A DNA stretch of 63,447 nucleotides, the filler included, from Octopus bimaculoides (lineage: Eukaryota), in NCBI RefSeq assembly GCF_001194135.2. It is 5 parts of 5 records of this genome, joined end to end, with 100 filler letters (N's around TTAATTAATTAA, not from the genome) between each part and the next. Parts side by side here need not be neighbours in the genome. Positions count along the whole stretch, not along the records: positions 1 to 21,270 come from NC_068986.1; 4 more parts are not named here. The stretch is one strand, 5' to 3'. Position numbers and translations under genes: made by a program. The notes beneath the pieces are model-generated. The model did no database searches. It was not told the origin of the DNA and saw only the letters and a program-made list of their open reading frames with translations. Of this stretch, positions 1 through 11,392 are shown one piece after another (the first letter of the stretch is position 1; each line of letters begins with the position of its first letter).

Positions 1-228
1 TATATATATATATATATGTATTTATGCATATGTATATGTATGATGTATGTTAACGAATAAATACATGAAGGGAGTACATCCATCCATCCATCCACATATA
101 CGTACATACATATACATACATATATAGACTCATACATACATACATACATACATACATACATACATACAACCATACATGCATATACACATGCAAGCATGCA
201 TACACACACACACATATGCATATCAGAG

Positions 229-271
<43 letters not shown>

Positions 272-353
272 NNNNNNNNNNNNNNNNNNNNNNNNNNNNN
301 NNNNNNNNNNNNNNNNNNNNNNNNNNNNNNNNNNNNNNNNNNNNNNNNNNNNN

Positions 354-430
<77 letters not shown>
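1..430. repeat. Compound microsatellite (TA)n/(CATC)n/(CATA)n/(CA)n/(GA)n with N gap 272-353
   Basis: Directly visible simple repeats. Confidence 0.95.
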
Positions 431-1060
431 AGCGATTACTAGACATACAGAGAGAAAAGCATTGTTATTATGTAAAAAAAAAATGATTGCTTCTGATAAA
501 CAATAAGCCTCATTAGTCATAGACTTGTTGATAAATATCCAATATGAACAATTCTTCAAGGTTGGTTCTTGCTGTCATTTCTTCATGTTATTCATAATCT
601 TTGTTTCTCTTAGATTAGTCAGTAACCGTTGACTTTGGTTTGTAGAATTAGTCAGTTTTAGTGTTTGTGTTTACATGAGGTATGATAAATCTGTGTGTTA
701 ATTTGTATGACGAATCTAACCGTATTGGTTTCATTGTTGTTTAATCTTCACCATCACGTTATCCCGAAAGGCATTCTAGCCGTGACCATCACACCATCAT
801 GTCATTTTAATCGGACATAACTATCAAATATGTTCCATGTTTCTCTCTCTCTCTCTCTCGCTCTTTCTCTCTTTTTTTTTCTTTAACAAACGGTTAGAAA
901 GTGAGGCGAATGACCCGAGGGCGATGTGATTGCTATTTATTGCATTCTAAGAGAAAGTAGGGATTTCTTTTGTAGATGACTTAAGTTTGGTAAGAACAGA
1001 CAGTTGGGTTCTTCAATTGCTGAAAAAAAAGGGGAATAATAATTCTAATTCTAATAATAA

Positions 1061-1271
1061 TAATTCTTTCTAATATAGGCACAAAGCCTGAAAATTTGGA
1101 TGAGGGGGTTAGTCGATTACATCGACCTCGGTGTTTGACTGATACTTCTTTTATCGACCCCGAAAACATAAAAGGTAACGTCGACCCCGACGGCATTTGA
1201 ACTTAAAACGTAAAGTCGGAAGAAACGCCGCTATGCATTTTCCCGGCGTGCTAACGTTTCGCTCAGCTCGC
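1061..1271 (-). mobile_element. SINE family A (octopus OK-like tRNA-derived SINE)
   Basis: Reverse complement of the recurring unit GGCGAGCTGGCAGAAACGTTAGCAC...GTTCTGAGTTCAAATTCCGCCGAGGTCGACTTTGCCTTTCATCCTTTCGGGGTCGAT, with an (ATT)n-type tail. Family name is from recall and needs a Dfam/Repbase check. Confidence 0.85.
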
Positions 1272-1292
1272 TAATATTACGTTCAAATCACA

Positions 1293-1885
1293 GGCAGTGA
1301 GCTGGCAAATCCCTTAGCACACTGGGCGAAACGCTTAGCGGCAATTCGTCTGTCCTTACGTTCTGAGTTCAAATACTGCTAGTGTTGACATTGAGTGGAG
1401 GCGCAATGGCCCAGTTGTTAGGGCAGCGGACTCGCGGTCATAGGATCGCCGTTTCGATTTCCAGACCGGGCGTTGTGAGTGTTTATTGAACGAAAACACT
1501 TAAAAAGCTCCACGAGGCTCCGGCAGGGGATGGTGGTGGACCCTGCTGTACTCTTTCACCACAACTTTCTCTCACTCTTACTTCCTGTTTCTGTTGTGCC
1601 TGTAATTCAAAGGGTCAGCCTTGTCCCACTCTGTGTCACGCTGAATATCTCCGAAAAGTACGTTAAGATGTACACGTATCTGTGGAGTGCTCATCCACTT
1701 GCACGTTAATTTCACGAGCAGGCTGTTCCGTTGATCGGATCAACTGGAACCCTCGACGTCGTAAGCGACGGAGTGCCAACAACAAGTGTTGACATTGTCT
1801 TTCACCCTTTCGAGGTCGATGTGATCGACTAGAACCCCTCCTCTAAAACATTTCCGGCCTTGTGCCTACAATAGAAAAGATTATT
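1293..1885 (+). mobile_element. SINE family A copy split by a nested SINE (host halves 1293-1393 and 1798-1885)
   Basis: Removing the insert and one TSD copy restores ...TTCAAATACTGCTAGTGTTGACATTG|TCTTTCACCCTTTCGAGGTCGAT..., matching family A. Confidence 0.85.
1394..1784 (+). mobile_element. tRNA-derived SINE (family B), full length, with 13-bp TSD
   Basis: A-box-like TGGCCCAGTTG (1407), B-box-like GTTTCGATTTCC (1451), (CAA)n-like end, TSD AGTGTTGACATTG at 1381-1393 and 1785-1797. Confidence 0.9.
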
Positions 1886-2529
1886 ATTGTGGTTGTTGTC
1901 ATTGTGGTTGTTGTTATTGTTATCGCTGTTATAATCTATTTGTGTTTTACTTAAACTCGTGTTGGTGCTTTTGTGAAATGTTCAAATTTCAGTTGCAATG
2001 ATGTTTTATATCTTCGCCATTGACACTCTGCCCTATGGCTATATATATGATGACCTTCATGTTAAAGGTTACTTCACTCGACTAAAATAGGTTACACCCC
2101 AGCATTAAATAAATATATTAAAAAAAAAAAACAGAACATACTTGTGACTTGTAACAGTATATAGCTTTCAGCGGGTTGATATTTACAAAGGGTGGGATGT
2201 TGGTAAATAAAGCGATATGAGAAAACTGACGAAGGGGTTGTGATTATGTTCGTGTCCTTTATAGGGTCATGTGAGATAAGGGAGATAATTCTGATGTCGG
2301 TAAATGATTCGCTGAAACTTTATATCAATACTTCCATTAAATGTTCTGTTACAAAGTGTTGGACTAAATTTGATAGTTTACATAAAGTGAAAAGAAGACG
2401 CAATATCACATCCAAAGAGATCAAAATGCCGACATCATAACAACTGCTCAATGTTCTATGAGTACAGAGCACAATAAAGGTTGCATACATGCAATAAAGG
2501 TTTGCATACATGCAAAAATATCTTGTTGT

Positions 2530-2626
2530 TGATATTGAAATTCCAATGAAGAAGCATTGGATCTAGGTTAGAAACCGACTCTTTCTCTATTGGCAAGATA
2601 TCTTGAAATAAAACTAAATAATGACA
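2530..2626 (+). repeat. Dispersed repeat fused to a (CATA)n microsatellite
   Basis: Homologous to 23515-23612 (minus): GAAATTCCAATGAAGAA...TCTAGGTTAGAA...CTTTCTCTATTGGCAAGA..TCTTGAAATAAAA. Confidence 0.75.
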
Positions 2627-2770
2627 TATATACATACATACATAAATACATATATAAATGTATACATACATATATATAAATATATATATCGTAAATGCAA
2701 TGAACAAAAAGTATGGACAAGTTTTAACAGTTACTTGCTCGCTTAATGCTTAAAAGAAGGAAGGGAGGAC

Positions 2771-2810
2771 GTCGTAACGTTTCTGATGTTAGTCCTTCAT
2801 CAGAACGAAA
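2771..2810 (-). ncRNA. Degenerate hammerhead-ribozyme-like motif (type I, PLE-type)
   Basis: Minus strand: UCGU U CUGAUGA AG GA-CUAACA-UC A GAAA CG UU|ACGA. Core intact, helix II weak, helix I offset by one base. Preceded by pyrimidine-rich PLE-like sequence. Confidence 0.45.
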
Positions 2811-3825
2811 GTATGGGGGAGTGAGAAAGAAGAAAACTGGCTGATAAGAGAGGAAAACAGAAAGTAAAAAAACGGGTGAGGGGTTAGAAGCCAGTCGAGA
2901 GTGCTGTTCTTTGGGGAAAGTTCAAAAGGGAGAAGAAAGCGTGCGAGCGTGTGTGTGGGCGCACATATATGTATATATCCGCATTTTGAGATAGGTATAA
3001 GGAAAAACCGGAATAGTGTGAATTATTTTTAGTGCTCTCTTTTTGTGTGTAGAGGTATGCAAGTGCGAAAGTATAATGGCGTTATTAGTGGGGGGGGAGG
3101 GAGTGAGGTGCCGGGGAGTGTNNNNNNNNNNNNNNNNNNNNNNNNNNNNNNNNNNNNNNNNNNNNNNNNNNNNNNNNNNNNNNNNNNNNNNNNNNNNNNN
3201 NNNNNNNNNNNNNNNNNNNNNNNNNNNNNNNNNNNNNNNNNNNNNNNNNNNNNNNNNNNNNNNNNNNNNNNNNNNNNNNNNNNNNNNNNNNNNNNNNNNN
3301 NNNNNNNNNNNNNNNNNNNNNNNNNNNNNNNNNNNNNNNNNNNNNNNNNNNNNNNNNNNNNNNNNNNNNNNNNNNNNNNNNNNNNNNNNNNNNNNNNNNN
3401 NNNNNNNNNNNNNNNNNNNNNNNNNNNNNNNNNNNNNNNNNNNNNNNNNNNNNNNNNNNNNNNNNNNNNNNNNNNNNNNNNNNNNNNNNNNNNNNNNNNN
3501 NNNNNNNNNNNNNNNNNNNNNNNNNNNNNNNNNNNNNNNNNNNNNNNNNNNNNNNNNNNNNNNNNNNNNNNNNNNNNNNNNNNNNNNNNNNNNNNNNNNN
3601 NNNNNNNNNNNNNNNNNNNNNNNNNNNNNNNNNNNNNNNNNNNNNNNNNNNNNNNNNNNNNNNNNNNNNNNNNNNNNNNNNNNNNNNNNNNNNNNNNNNN
3701 NNNNNNNNNNNNNNNNNNNNNNNNNNNNNNNNNNNNNNNNNNNNNNNNNNNNNNNNNNNNNNNNNNNNNNNNNNNNNAGAGAGAGAGAGAGAGAGAGATA
3801 CATACATACACACACAAAGTGGCAA

Positions 3826-3944
3826 TGGTAGAAGTTGTAGTAGTAGTAGCAGCAGCGATAATGGTAGTTGTAGTAGTAGCTGTAGTAGTAATAGTAGTAG
3901 TAGAAGCTTTAGTAGCAGCAGTAGTAGTAATAGTAGTAGTAGTT

Positions 3945-3987
<43 letters not shown>

Positions 3988-4004
3988 CGGCGGTAGCAGT
4001 AGTG

Positions 4005-4042
<38 letters not shown>

Positions 4043-4046
4043 GGTG

Positions 4047-4078
<32 letters not shown>

Positions 4079-4091
4079 GGTAGTAGTAGTT
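3826..4091. repeat. (GTA)n/(GCA)n/(GTG)n trinucleotide microsatellite
   Basis: Directly visible; source of the poly-T/poly-V ORFs. Confidence 0.95.
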
Positions 4092-4309
4092 GAAGGTGAA
4101 GAAGAAGAGACAGAGAACAAAAATCGAGAAAGAAAAAAGATAAAAAGAGGCCAAAATGAATAAATAAATAAATAAATAAATAGATAAATGAAAGAGGTAA
4201 CCAATAAGTTTCCGTGTGACGAATCCTTCTGTTCTCATCTCTCCTCCTCCCTCAACCCCACCTCTTCCTCCTACCAAATTAATAGACAGAACGTATGCTC
4301 TATCAACTG

Positions 4310-4400
4310 CTGTGGTTCTCAAACGGTGTGCACCGCCGGGGACAACTAGGTGCACGGCAAAGAGGTTTCTAGGTGCAACCGCAGATTTTCCAATCTATAA
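4310..4400 (+). mobile_element. Possible hAT-Charlie terminal fragment
   Basis: CTGTGGTTCTCAAAC resembles Charlie TIRs (CAGTGGTTCTCAAAC); no partner TIR or TSD found. Confidence 0.3.
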
Positions 4401-4900
4401 TTTATGGCATTAGAAAATCTATTCTTAATGGCTAAATGTCTTGGAAAAAAAAAACGTGTTACTCATAATTATTATGTTATAACACAAATATAATTAATAA
4501 AACAATGTAATCAATATTATTTTTTTATATATGTTTTTGTATGTCTTTTCTTTGATTTTTTTTTAATTTCTTTGAAACCTTGTTCTAGTTTTGTTATTAT
4601 TTTGAAACTCTCCGAAGTGCGAAGAGTTCTCGCATTTTATTTATTTATTTATTTATTTATTGTTTTATTTATTTGTATGAATGTTTGTTTATTTATTTAT
4701 TTATTTATTTATTTTTGTGTAATATTCTCAGTGTTCCACTAGCATAACAAAAACAACAAAAAAAAGAAAACATTACCGCTACTATTGCCAAATAACACAA
4801 ACACCACTGCCACTGCAACTGCCACCTTCACCACCACCACCACCACCACCACCAACACTAACAACATCAATAACATCGACAGCAAGACCACCACCACTAA

Positions 4901-4932
<32 letters not shown>

Positions 4933-5486
4933 GAAACAGCAGCAGAACCNNNNNNNNNNNNNNNNNNNNNNNNNNNNNNNNNNNNNNNNNNNNNNNNNNN
5001 NNNNNNNNNNNNNNNNNNNNNNNNNNNNNNNNNNNNNNNNNNNNNNNNNNNNNNNNNNNNNNNNNNNNNNNNNNNNNNNNNNNNNNNNNNNNNNNNNNNN
5101 NNNNNNNNNNNNNNNNNNNNNNNNNNNNNNNNNNNNNNNNNNNNNNNNNNNNNNNNNNNNNNNNNNNNNNNNNNNNNNNNNNNNNNNNNNNNNNNNNNNN
5201 NNNNNNNNNNNNNNNNNNNNNNNNNNNNNNNNNNNNNNNNNNNNNNNNNNNNNNNNNNNNNNNNNNNNNNNNNNNNNNNNNNNNNNNNNNNNNNNNNNTT
5301 AAACGTCCATACTTGTTTTGTTAACTTTCAGTTGGACCTTGTTTCATACGTTCTGAGTGATATAAAGTGCTTCCCTTTCATAGCTCTCAAGTTAATCTGA
5401 AGGCGTTGAAAAAGAAAATTGGGAATGTGTATCATATACGATGCAGGGACGCTAACGAAATATGTCCTGTGTAATTCATATGATAA

Positions 5487-5826
5487 AGGCGCATAGCACA
5501 GTGGTTAGAGCGCCTGGCTCACAATAATGAGGTAGTGAGTTTCATTCCTGGACTGGGCTGTATTGTGTTCTTGGGCAAGACACTTTATTTCACGTTGCTC
5601 CAGTTCACTCAGCTGTAGAAATGAGTAGCGACGTCACTGGTACCAAACTCTGTCGGTCTTTGCCTTTCCCTTGAATAACATCAGTGGCGTGGAGAAGGGA
5701 GGCTGGTATGCATGGGTGAATGCTGGTCTTCCACAAACAACTTAGTCCGGTCTTGTGTCTCGGAGGGTAACTTTCTAGGTGCAATCCCATGGTCATTCGT
5801 GACCAAAGGGGCTCTTTACCCTTTAC
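5487..5826 (+). mobile_element. tRNA-derived CORE-type SINE (family C, OR-like)
   Basis: tRNA-like head (AGCACAGTGGTTAGAGCG...GAGTTTCATTCCTGG), CORE-like GTGTTCTTGGGCAAGACACTTT..., tail shared with 10048-10387. Confidence 0.85.
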
Positions 5827-5849
5827 TCTATGTACATATAATGGTGCAG

Positions 5850-5985
5850 AGAGGGGAGTCGTGGTATGCATGGGTGACTGGTGGTCTTCCATAAACAACT
5901 TTACCCGCACTTGTGTCTCGGAGGGGAATATTCCAGGTGCAATCCCATGATCATTCATGACCAAAGGTGGGAGTCTTTACTTTTC
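5850..5985 (+). mobile_element. Second copy of family C 3' tail
   Basis: Diverged repeat of 5697-5826 (GGTATGCATGGGTGA...GGTGCAATCCCATG.TCATTC.TGACCAAAGG). Confidence 0.8.
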
Positions 5986-6041
5986 TTAATTCATGTAATT
6001 CTCAGGATAAGCAAAGGGTTAAAACAGAATAGTTGCAATTT

Positions 6042-6115
6042 TAGGGTTTCTCAACTGGGTTTCCCTGGAACCCTAGTGTTCTGCAAAAAGGTTCCTAGGA
6101 GTTCCACGAGAAAGT
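6042..6115 (+). mobile_element. hAT-Charlie-like 5' terminal fragment
   Basis: TAGGGTTTCTCAACTGGGTTTCC..GGAACCCTAG resembles Charlie MITE left ends; no matching TSD. Confidence 0.35.
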
Positions 6116-6290
6116 GTGAGATATGTTAATGCTAATTTCCTGATCGTAATATTGCTATGCATGCACAACATGTTATTGGTTATTGTAATATTGTAATATA
6201 GGCATCATCCTATCAAACCTATCATGCTATCAAGAAAAAAAATATATATAACCGTATAATCAAAATAAGCAACAAGGATATCCAGAGGTA

Positions 6291-6379
6291 ATGCAGTACG
6301 ATCGTTTCATGCAACTCCGTTTAATTGAACAATGCAATCATTACATCAATTTAAAATACAGAGCAATCCTCAGTTGCAC
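6291..6379 (-). ncRNA. Hammerhead ribozyme candidate (type I, intact core, long helix II)
   Basis: Minus strand: GUGCAA CUGAGGA U UGCUC-[43 nt]-GAGUUGCA U GAAA CGAUCG UA|CUGCAU. Palindromic helix III ACGAUCGU; helix I 5 bp behind a C-A mismatch. Confidence 0.65.
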
Positions 6380-6412
6380 AAAGACATAGAATTTAATTAA
6401 ATTAGAACAGAT

Positions 6413-6413
<1 letters not shown>

Positions 6414-6485
<72 letters not shown>
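6414..6485. repeat. (CA)n microsatellite
   Basis: Directly visible. Confidence 0.95.
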
Positions 6486-6488
<3 letters not shown>

Positions 6489-6497
6489 TCCATATCC

Positions 6498-7090
6498 GAA
6501 AGGATGAAAGACAAAGCCGACCTCGGCATAATTTGGACTCAGAACATAAAGTTGAACGAAATACCGCAAGCATTTTGTCCGATGTGCTAATGGTTCTGCC
6601 AGATCGTTGACTTATTCTCATCTGACACTTTGGTACCTAATTACAAATAATTGGGCTTAGGCATTTATAATGCTGATATTAGTAGCTTCTGTAAAGCGGC
6701 GAGTTGGCAGAATCGTTAGCATGCAGGACGAAAAGCTCAGCGGTATTTCGTCTTAACGTTCTGAGTTCAAATTCCGCCGAGGTCAACTTTGCCTTTCATC
6801 CTTTCGAGGTCGATAAATTAAATACCAGTTGCGTACTGGATTCAATCTAATCGACTAGCCCCCTCCCCAAAACGGGTCTTATGCCTAGAGTAGAAAAGAA
6901 TATTTAAGGCGGCGAGCTGGCAGAAACGTTAGCACGTCGGGCGCAACGCTCAGCGGTATGTCGTCTATGTTTACGTTCTTAGTTCAAATTTCCACCGAGC
7001 TCGATAAAATAAGTACCAGTTGACCACAAGAGTCAACGTTATCAACTAACCCTTTAGCTCAAAATTTGTGTCAAAATTTGAAACCATTTT
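6498..7090. mobile_element. Cluster of three family A SINEs (6498-6606 -, 6693-6902 +, 6905-7090 +)
   Basis: Match to the family A consensus motifs. Confidence 0.85.
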
Positions 7091-7170
7091 TATCTATTTT
7101 AGTTTGATCACTCAAAAGATACACAGCAAAGAAGTTATTGTTGAGATGGATTTTTAAAGTTATATTTCGC

Positions 7171-7403
7171 ATTATTACATCCACCTTCGCTAAGGCGGAG
7201 GTATTGTTTTCAGTCGTGTTTGTTTGTTTGTTTGTTTGTCCATGGACAAGATATCTCAAGAACCGCTGGATGGATTCGGATAAAACTTTCCGGGATGTTT
7301 GGCTTCGTGACTGGCACGAACTGATTAGATTTTGAATCGATCCGGTGCCAGACAAGGATTCTGGATTATTTTTTCTGTTTTTTTTCACATAATTTTTGAG
7401 AGC
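7171..7403 (+). mobile_element. HINE/DINE-1-like (Helentron-associated) non-autonomous element, truncated by gap
   Basis: Terminal hairpin CCTTCGCTAAGGCGGAGG, (GTTT)n tract, then GATATCTCAAGAACCGCTGGATGGATT...AAACTTT...GATTAGATTTTG, the layout typical of this class (recall, not database-verified). Confidence 0.5.
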
Positions 7404-7967
7404 NNNNNNNNNNNNNNNNNNNNNNNNNNNNNNNNNNNNNNNNNNNNNNNNNNNNNNNNNNNNNNNNNNNNNNNNNNNNNNNNNNNNNNNNNNNNNNNNN
7501 NNNNNNNNNNNNNNNNNNNNNNNNNNNNNNNNNNNNNNNNNNNNNNNNNNNNNNNNNNNNNNNNNNNNNNNNNNNNNNNNNNNNNNNNNNNNNNNNNNNN
7601 NNNNNNNNNNNNNNNNNNNNNNNNNNNNNNNNNNNNNNNNNNNNNNNNNNNNNNNNNNNNNNNNNNNNNNNNNNNNNNNNNNNNNNNNNNNNNNNNNNNN
7701 NNNNNNNNNNNNNNNNNNNNNNNNNNNNNNNNNNNNNNNNNNNNNNNNNNNNNNNNNNNNNNNNNNNNNNNNNNNNNNNNNNNNNNNNNNNNNNNNNNNN
7801 NNNNNNNNNNNNNNNNNNNNNNNNNNNNNNNNNNNNNNNNNNNNNNNNNNNNNNNNNNNNNNNNNNNNNNNNNNNNNNNNNNNNNNNNNNNNNNNNNNNN
7901 NNNNNNNNNNNNNNNTGGGTGAGACTTGGATCCAACTTGTACAAATGCAAAACAAAAGTCAAACATA

Positions 7968-7968
7968 A

Positions 7969-8055
<87 letters not shown>

Positions 8056-8064
8056 AAGAAGAAA
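7968..8064. repeat. (AAT)n-(AAG)n compound microsatellite
   Basis: Directly visible. Confidence 0.95.
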
Positions 8065-8399
8065 ATAATTACGATAAATGAAGGGAGAAAACGCTGATGT
8101 TTCCGTTTGGGAAGTTTATCAAAGGTTGAAAGTCCTACATTCACTTATTTAACGTTGACCTTCCTTCAACATAAATACTCTCTTCTTGAAAGTCAAGGAC
8201 TTTTGGTATTTTGTGATATTTTGCAATTTTTAATAAAAATTATGTCGCGTGCTTCAAAAGCCAAACTAACACAACACAGCACAAGAGGGAAGAGGAAGAG
8301 AGAGAGAAGGAGACCCAGGAGAAGTTGGGGAGGAAGAGAGAGGAGACCTAAGATCCAAGACATGCCTTTAAGACATAGAAGTAGTCATACATTTGACAT

Positions 8400-8558
8400 G
8401 GGAAAATATACAGTAATGCCTTACTTTATGAGGACTCGCTTTACGAGATCCGGGTTTACGAGTTTTATTTTTCAGCTCACTTTTGTATGGTGAGCTGAAA
8501 TTTTTCAAGCGCAATCAAAGGAGTCCATAGATTTTTAAAAAATGGTTGGGAACCTCTG
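8400..8558 (+). mobile_element. hAT-Charlie-like 3' terminal fragment
   Basis: Ends AAAAATGGTTGGGAACCTCTG (reverse complement CAGAGGTTCCCAACC). Confidence 0.35.
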
Positions 8559-8772
8559 CTCTACAGAGTGTGTGTGGCTTCAAATCATTCATTAAATATT
8601 TCAGAGGTACATTTCTTGGTTACAAAACTGTGCTGCACTTTACTTCTCGGCCAGTCGATTCATGTTGAGCATTTGATGTGATTTTAGCAACCCGAATAAA
8701 TGAAAAACTATTATTATCATCATCTCCCTTGTTTTTGGTCCTTTGGTAAACAGTGTGCTTGTGTATGCTTGT

Positions 8773-8813
<41 letters not shown>

Positions 8814-9405
8814 TGCATGTTCTTGTGTTTGTGTGAATTATTTTTTCATGTTGTTTGACTTCAGTTGGAATTAAAATCGTTTTCTTTTGAAAAGTCTTTA
8901 AATATTTTCTTTTATATTGTANNNNNNNNNNNNNNNNNNNNNNNNNNNNNNNNNNNNNNNNNNNNNNNNNNNNNNNNNNNNNNNNNNNNNNNNNNNNNNN
9001 NNNNNNNNNNNNNNNNNNNNNNNNNNNNNNNNNNNNNNNNNNNNNNNNNNNNNNNNNNNNNNNNNNNNNNNNNNNNNNNNNNNNNNNNNNNNNNNNNNNN
9101 NNNNNNNNNNNNNNNNNNNNNNNNNNNNNNNNNNNNNNNNNNNNNNNNNNNNNNNNNNNNNNNNNNNNNNNNNNNNNNNNNNNNNNNNNNAAAACTATAC
9201 ATACAAACATAAAATTGTAATATGTTTCAAAGCAGACTCTTTCCTTGCGTACGTTGAAGTACATTGAAATAAACTTCACAGGTTTGTAGGGATTCACAGT
9301 TTGAAAAAGGTGGAGGGGAAGCTTTTAGTAAATATGGCAAAAAAAAAAAATTCTGTTCCATCGATGCGAAACGACGTACGCCTGTCTTCGACAAACAAAC
9401 AAACA

Positions 9406-9470
<65 letters not shown>

Positions 9471-10047
9471 GGTTTTCTTTTATTAGCTACAAAAGTCTAA
9501 TCCGTTAGGGACAGTACATAGGAGAAATACATAAGAAATCAAACAAACAAGAAATACTGGGCGACGGTAGGGGATTAGCGTCGAGTAGAAAGGGTGAGAG
9601 TAGCATTTGCAAAAGAGCCATTAATAAAATAGTAAAAGACAAGAAAAATGATCCTTAAAAGGGTGTGGGGGATTGGTGACCATATAAGGTGATTCGGTGT
9701 ACACTACACACAACTGGCTGACTTTCCTGATGTAACCCAAAGGCACTTCTTGCCGCAAGCCTACAGCCGTGTAGTTTGTACGTTCATGAAGCCAGTTAGT
9801 TTTGTCAGTCTCATCCACATTTCATAAAATGATATCAAAATACAGATAATAATAAAAATAATATTATAATAAAGAAGGTGGGACAACAGCCCTGCCTTTC
9901 TTTTACTTTCATCTTATTTCTCGAGTGATTCTTGAAGCAATTCATGACGACTTAACTTGAAGGAGGTAGAAACCACTGTCCTTCGAAGGTCTGAATTACG
10001 TCTAACATACAACTTACTTCGTGCCAAAGCCATTATAAGTTATAAAT

Positions 10048-10387
10048 AGGGTAAAAATCCCCTTCGGTCATGAATGACCTTGGGATTATCCCTAGAAAGT
10101 TCCCATCCGAGGCACAAGCCTGGGCAAGGTTGTTTTTGTGGAAGGCCAGCAGTCGCCCATGCATACCAGCTTCTCCTCTCAACGCCACCAATGTTATCCA
10201 AGGGAAAAGCAAAGACCGATACAGCTTGGCACCGGTGACATCGCAACTCATTTCTACAGCTGAGTGAACTGAATCAACGTGAAATAGAATGTCTTGCTCA
10301 AGAACACAACGTACTGCCCGGTCCGGGAATCGAAATCGGTGCCTCATTACTGTGAGCCCGATGCTCTAACTACTGAGCCATGCGCCT
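10048..10387 (-). mobile_element. Family C CORE-type SINE, full length
   Basis: Reverse-complement homolog of 5487-5826. Confidence 0.85.
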
Positions 10388-10414
10388 TCACTTTTATATG
10401 ATAGTAGTAACAAT

Positions 10415-10925
10415 GGTTTAGGATTTTGGCACGAGACGGGCAGTTTTAATGGGAGCAAGTTAATCGATTACTTCGACCATAACACTTGGATGATACTGCC
10501 TGCAACAGAAAGGACTTCTACTGCGGGAAGGCACAGTCGTTGAGCGCACTGGACAAAATGCGGCATTTCGTCTGTCATTACGTTCTGAGTTCAAATTCCA
10601 CTGAGGTCAAATTTGCCTTTCATCCTTTCGGGGCTCGATAAAATAAGTACCAGTTGAGTACTGGGGTCAATGTAATCGACTAACCCCCTCCTCCAAAACT
10701 GTTGGCCTTGTGCCACAGTTTGAAACCATTATTATTGCAAGGTGGCGAATTGTTTCCGCGCCGGACAAAATGCTTTTCCCTGTTGCATTCGGAGTTGAAA
10801 TTCTGCCGGGATCGACTTTACCTTTCAAACTTTTAGAGCCGATGAATTATGTACCAGTTGAACCCTGAGGTCAATAGAATCAACTAGTCTCCTTCCTAAA
10901 AATTTCAGGCCTTGTGCCAATAGTA
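10415..10925. mobile_element. Cluster of family A SINE copies/fragments
   Basis: Family A motifs at about 10415-10470 (-), 10470-10730 (+), 10737-10925 (+). Confidence 0.75.
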
Positions 10926-11350
10926 AATTGTGCCTATATCATGATTCTTACGACAAAGGGTTAAAGAAAACACACTTCGTTGAATTTTGCACTTTACTTT
11001 GCTTCTGTGGTGCACAGATTCCTCTAACCCTGTAAACCACAGACGACTGGAATGAGCTAACCTAACAGCAGTCAAGTGAACGAAACGGAACGAAACAGGT
11101 CCCTATTCCCTATTCCCTATTCTACACAACCCCAGTTCTTTCATATCATTATCTCTTGCTCTCACCATGATGTCTCTAATGAGACAGCTGTTCATCATTT
11201 CAAACATATGTTCCGCCATATACTCAAAGCGAGAGACTATCTATAAACACGCACACGCACGTGTCCATACACAAATGCAAGACAACCCACATACACACAC
11301 ATCGTTTATTTTATATATTTCATTCTTATAGTGTTTTTCTTCTTTCCAGC

Positions 11351-11392
<42 letters not shown>

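Noticed and set aside
1394-1470. tRNA-like sequences (also near 5487, 10387, 13085, 25790, 26660, 29047)
   Set aside because: A/B boxes are present but cloverleaves are incomplete and they continue into SINE bodies, so they are SINE heads, not tRNA genes
8470-8500. 11-bp perfect hairpin TTTCAGCTCAC/GTGAGCTGAAA as a terminator
   Set aside because: Intrinsic terminators are not relevant here; it lies inside a probable DNA-transposon remnant
4310-8558. Charlie-like ends at 4310 or 6042 pairing with 8558 as one large element
   Set aside because: The flanking 8-mers do not match, so there is no TSD support
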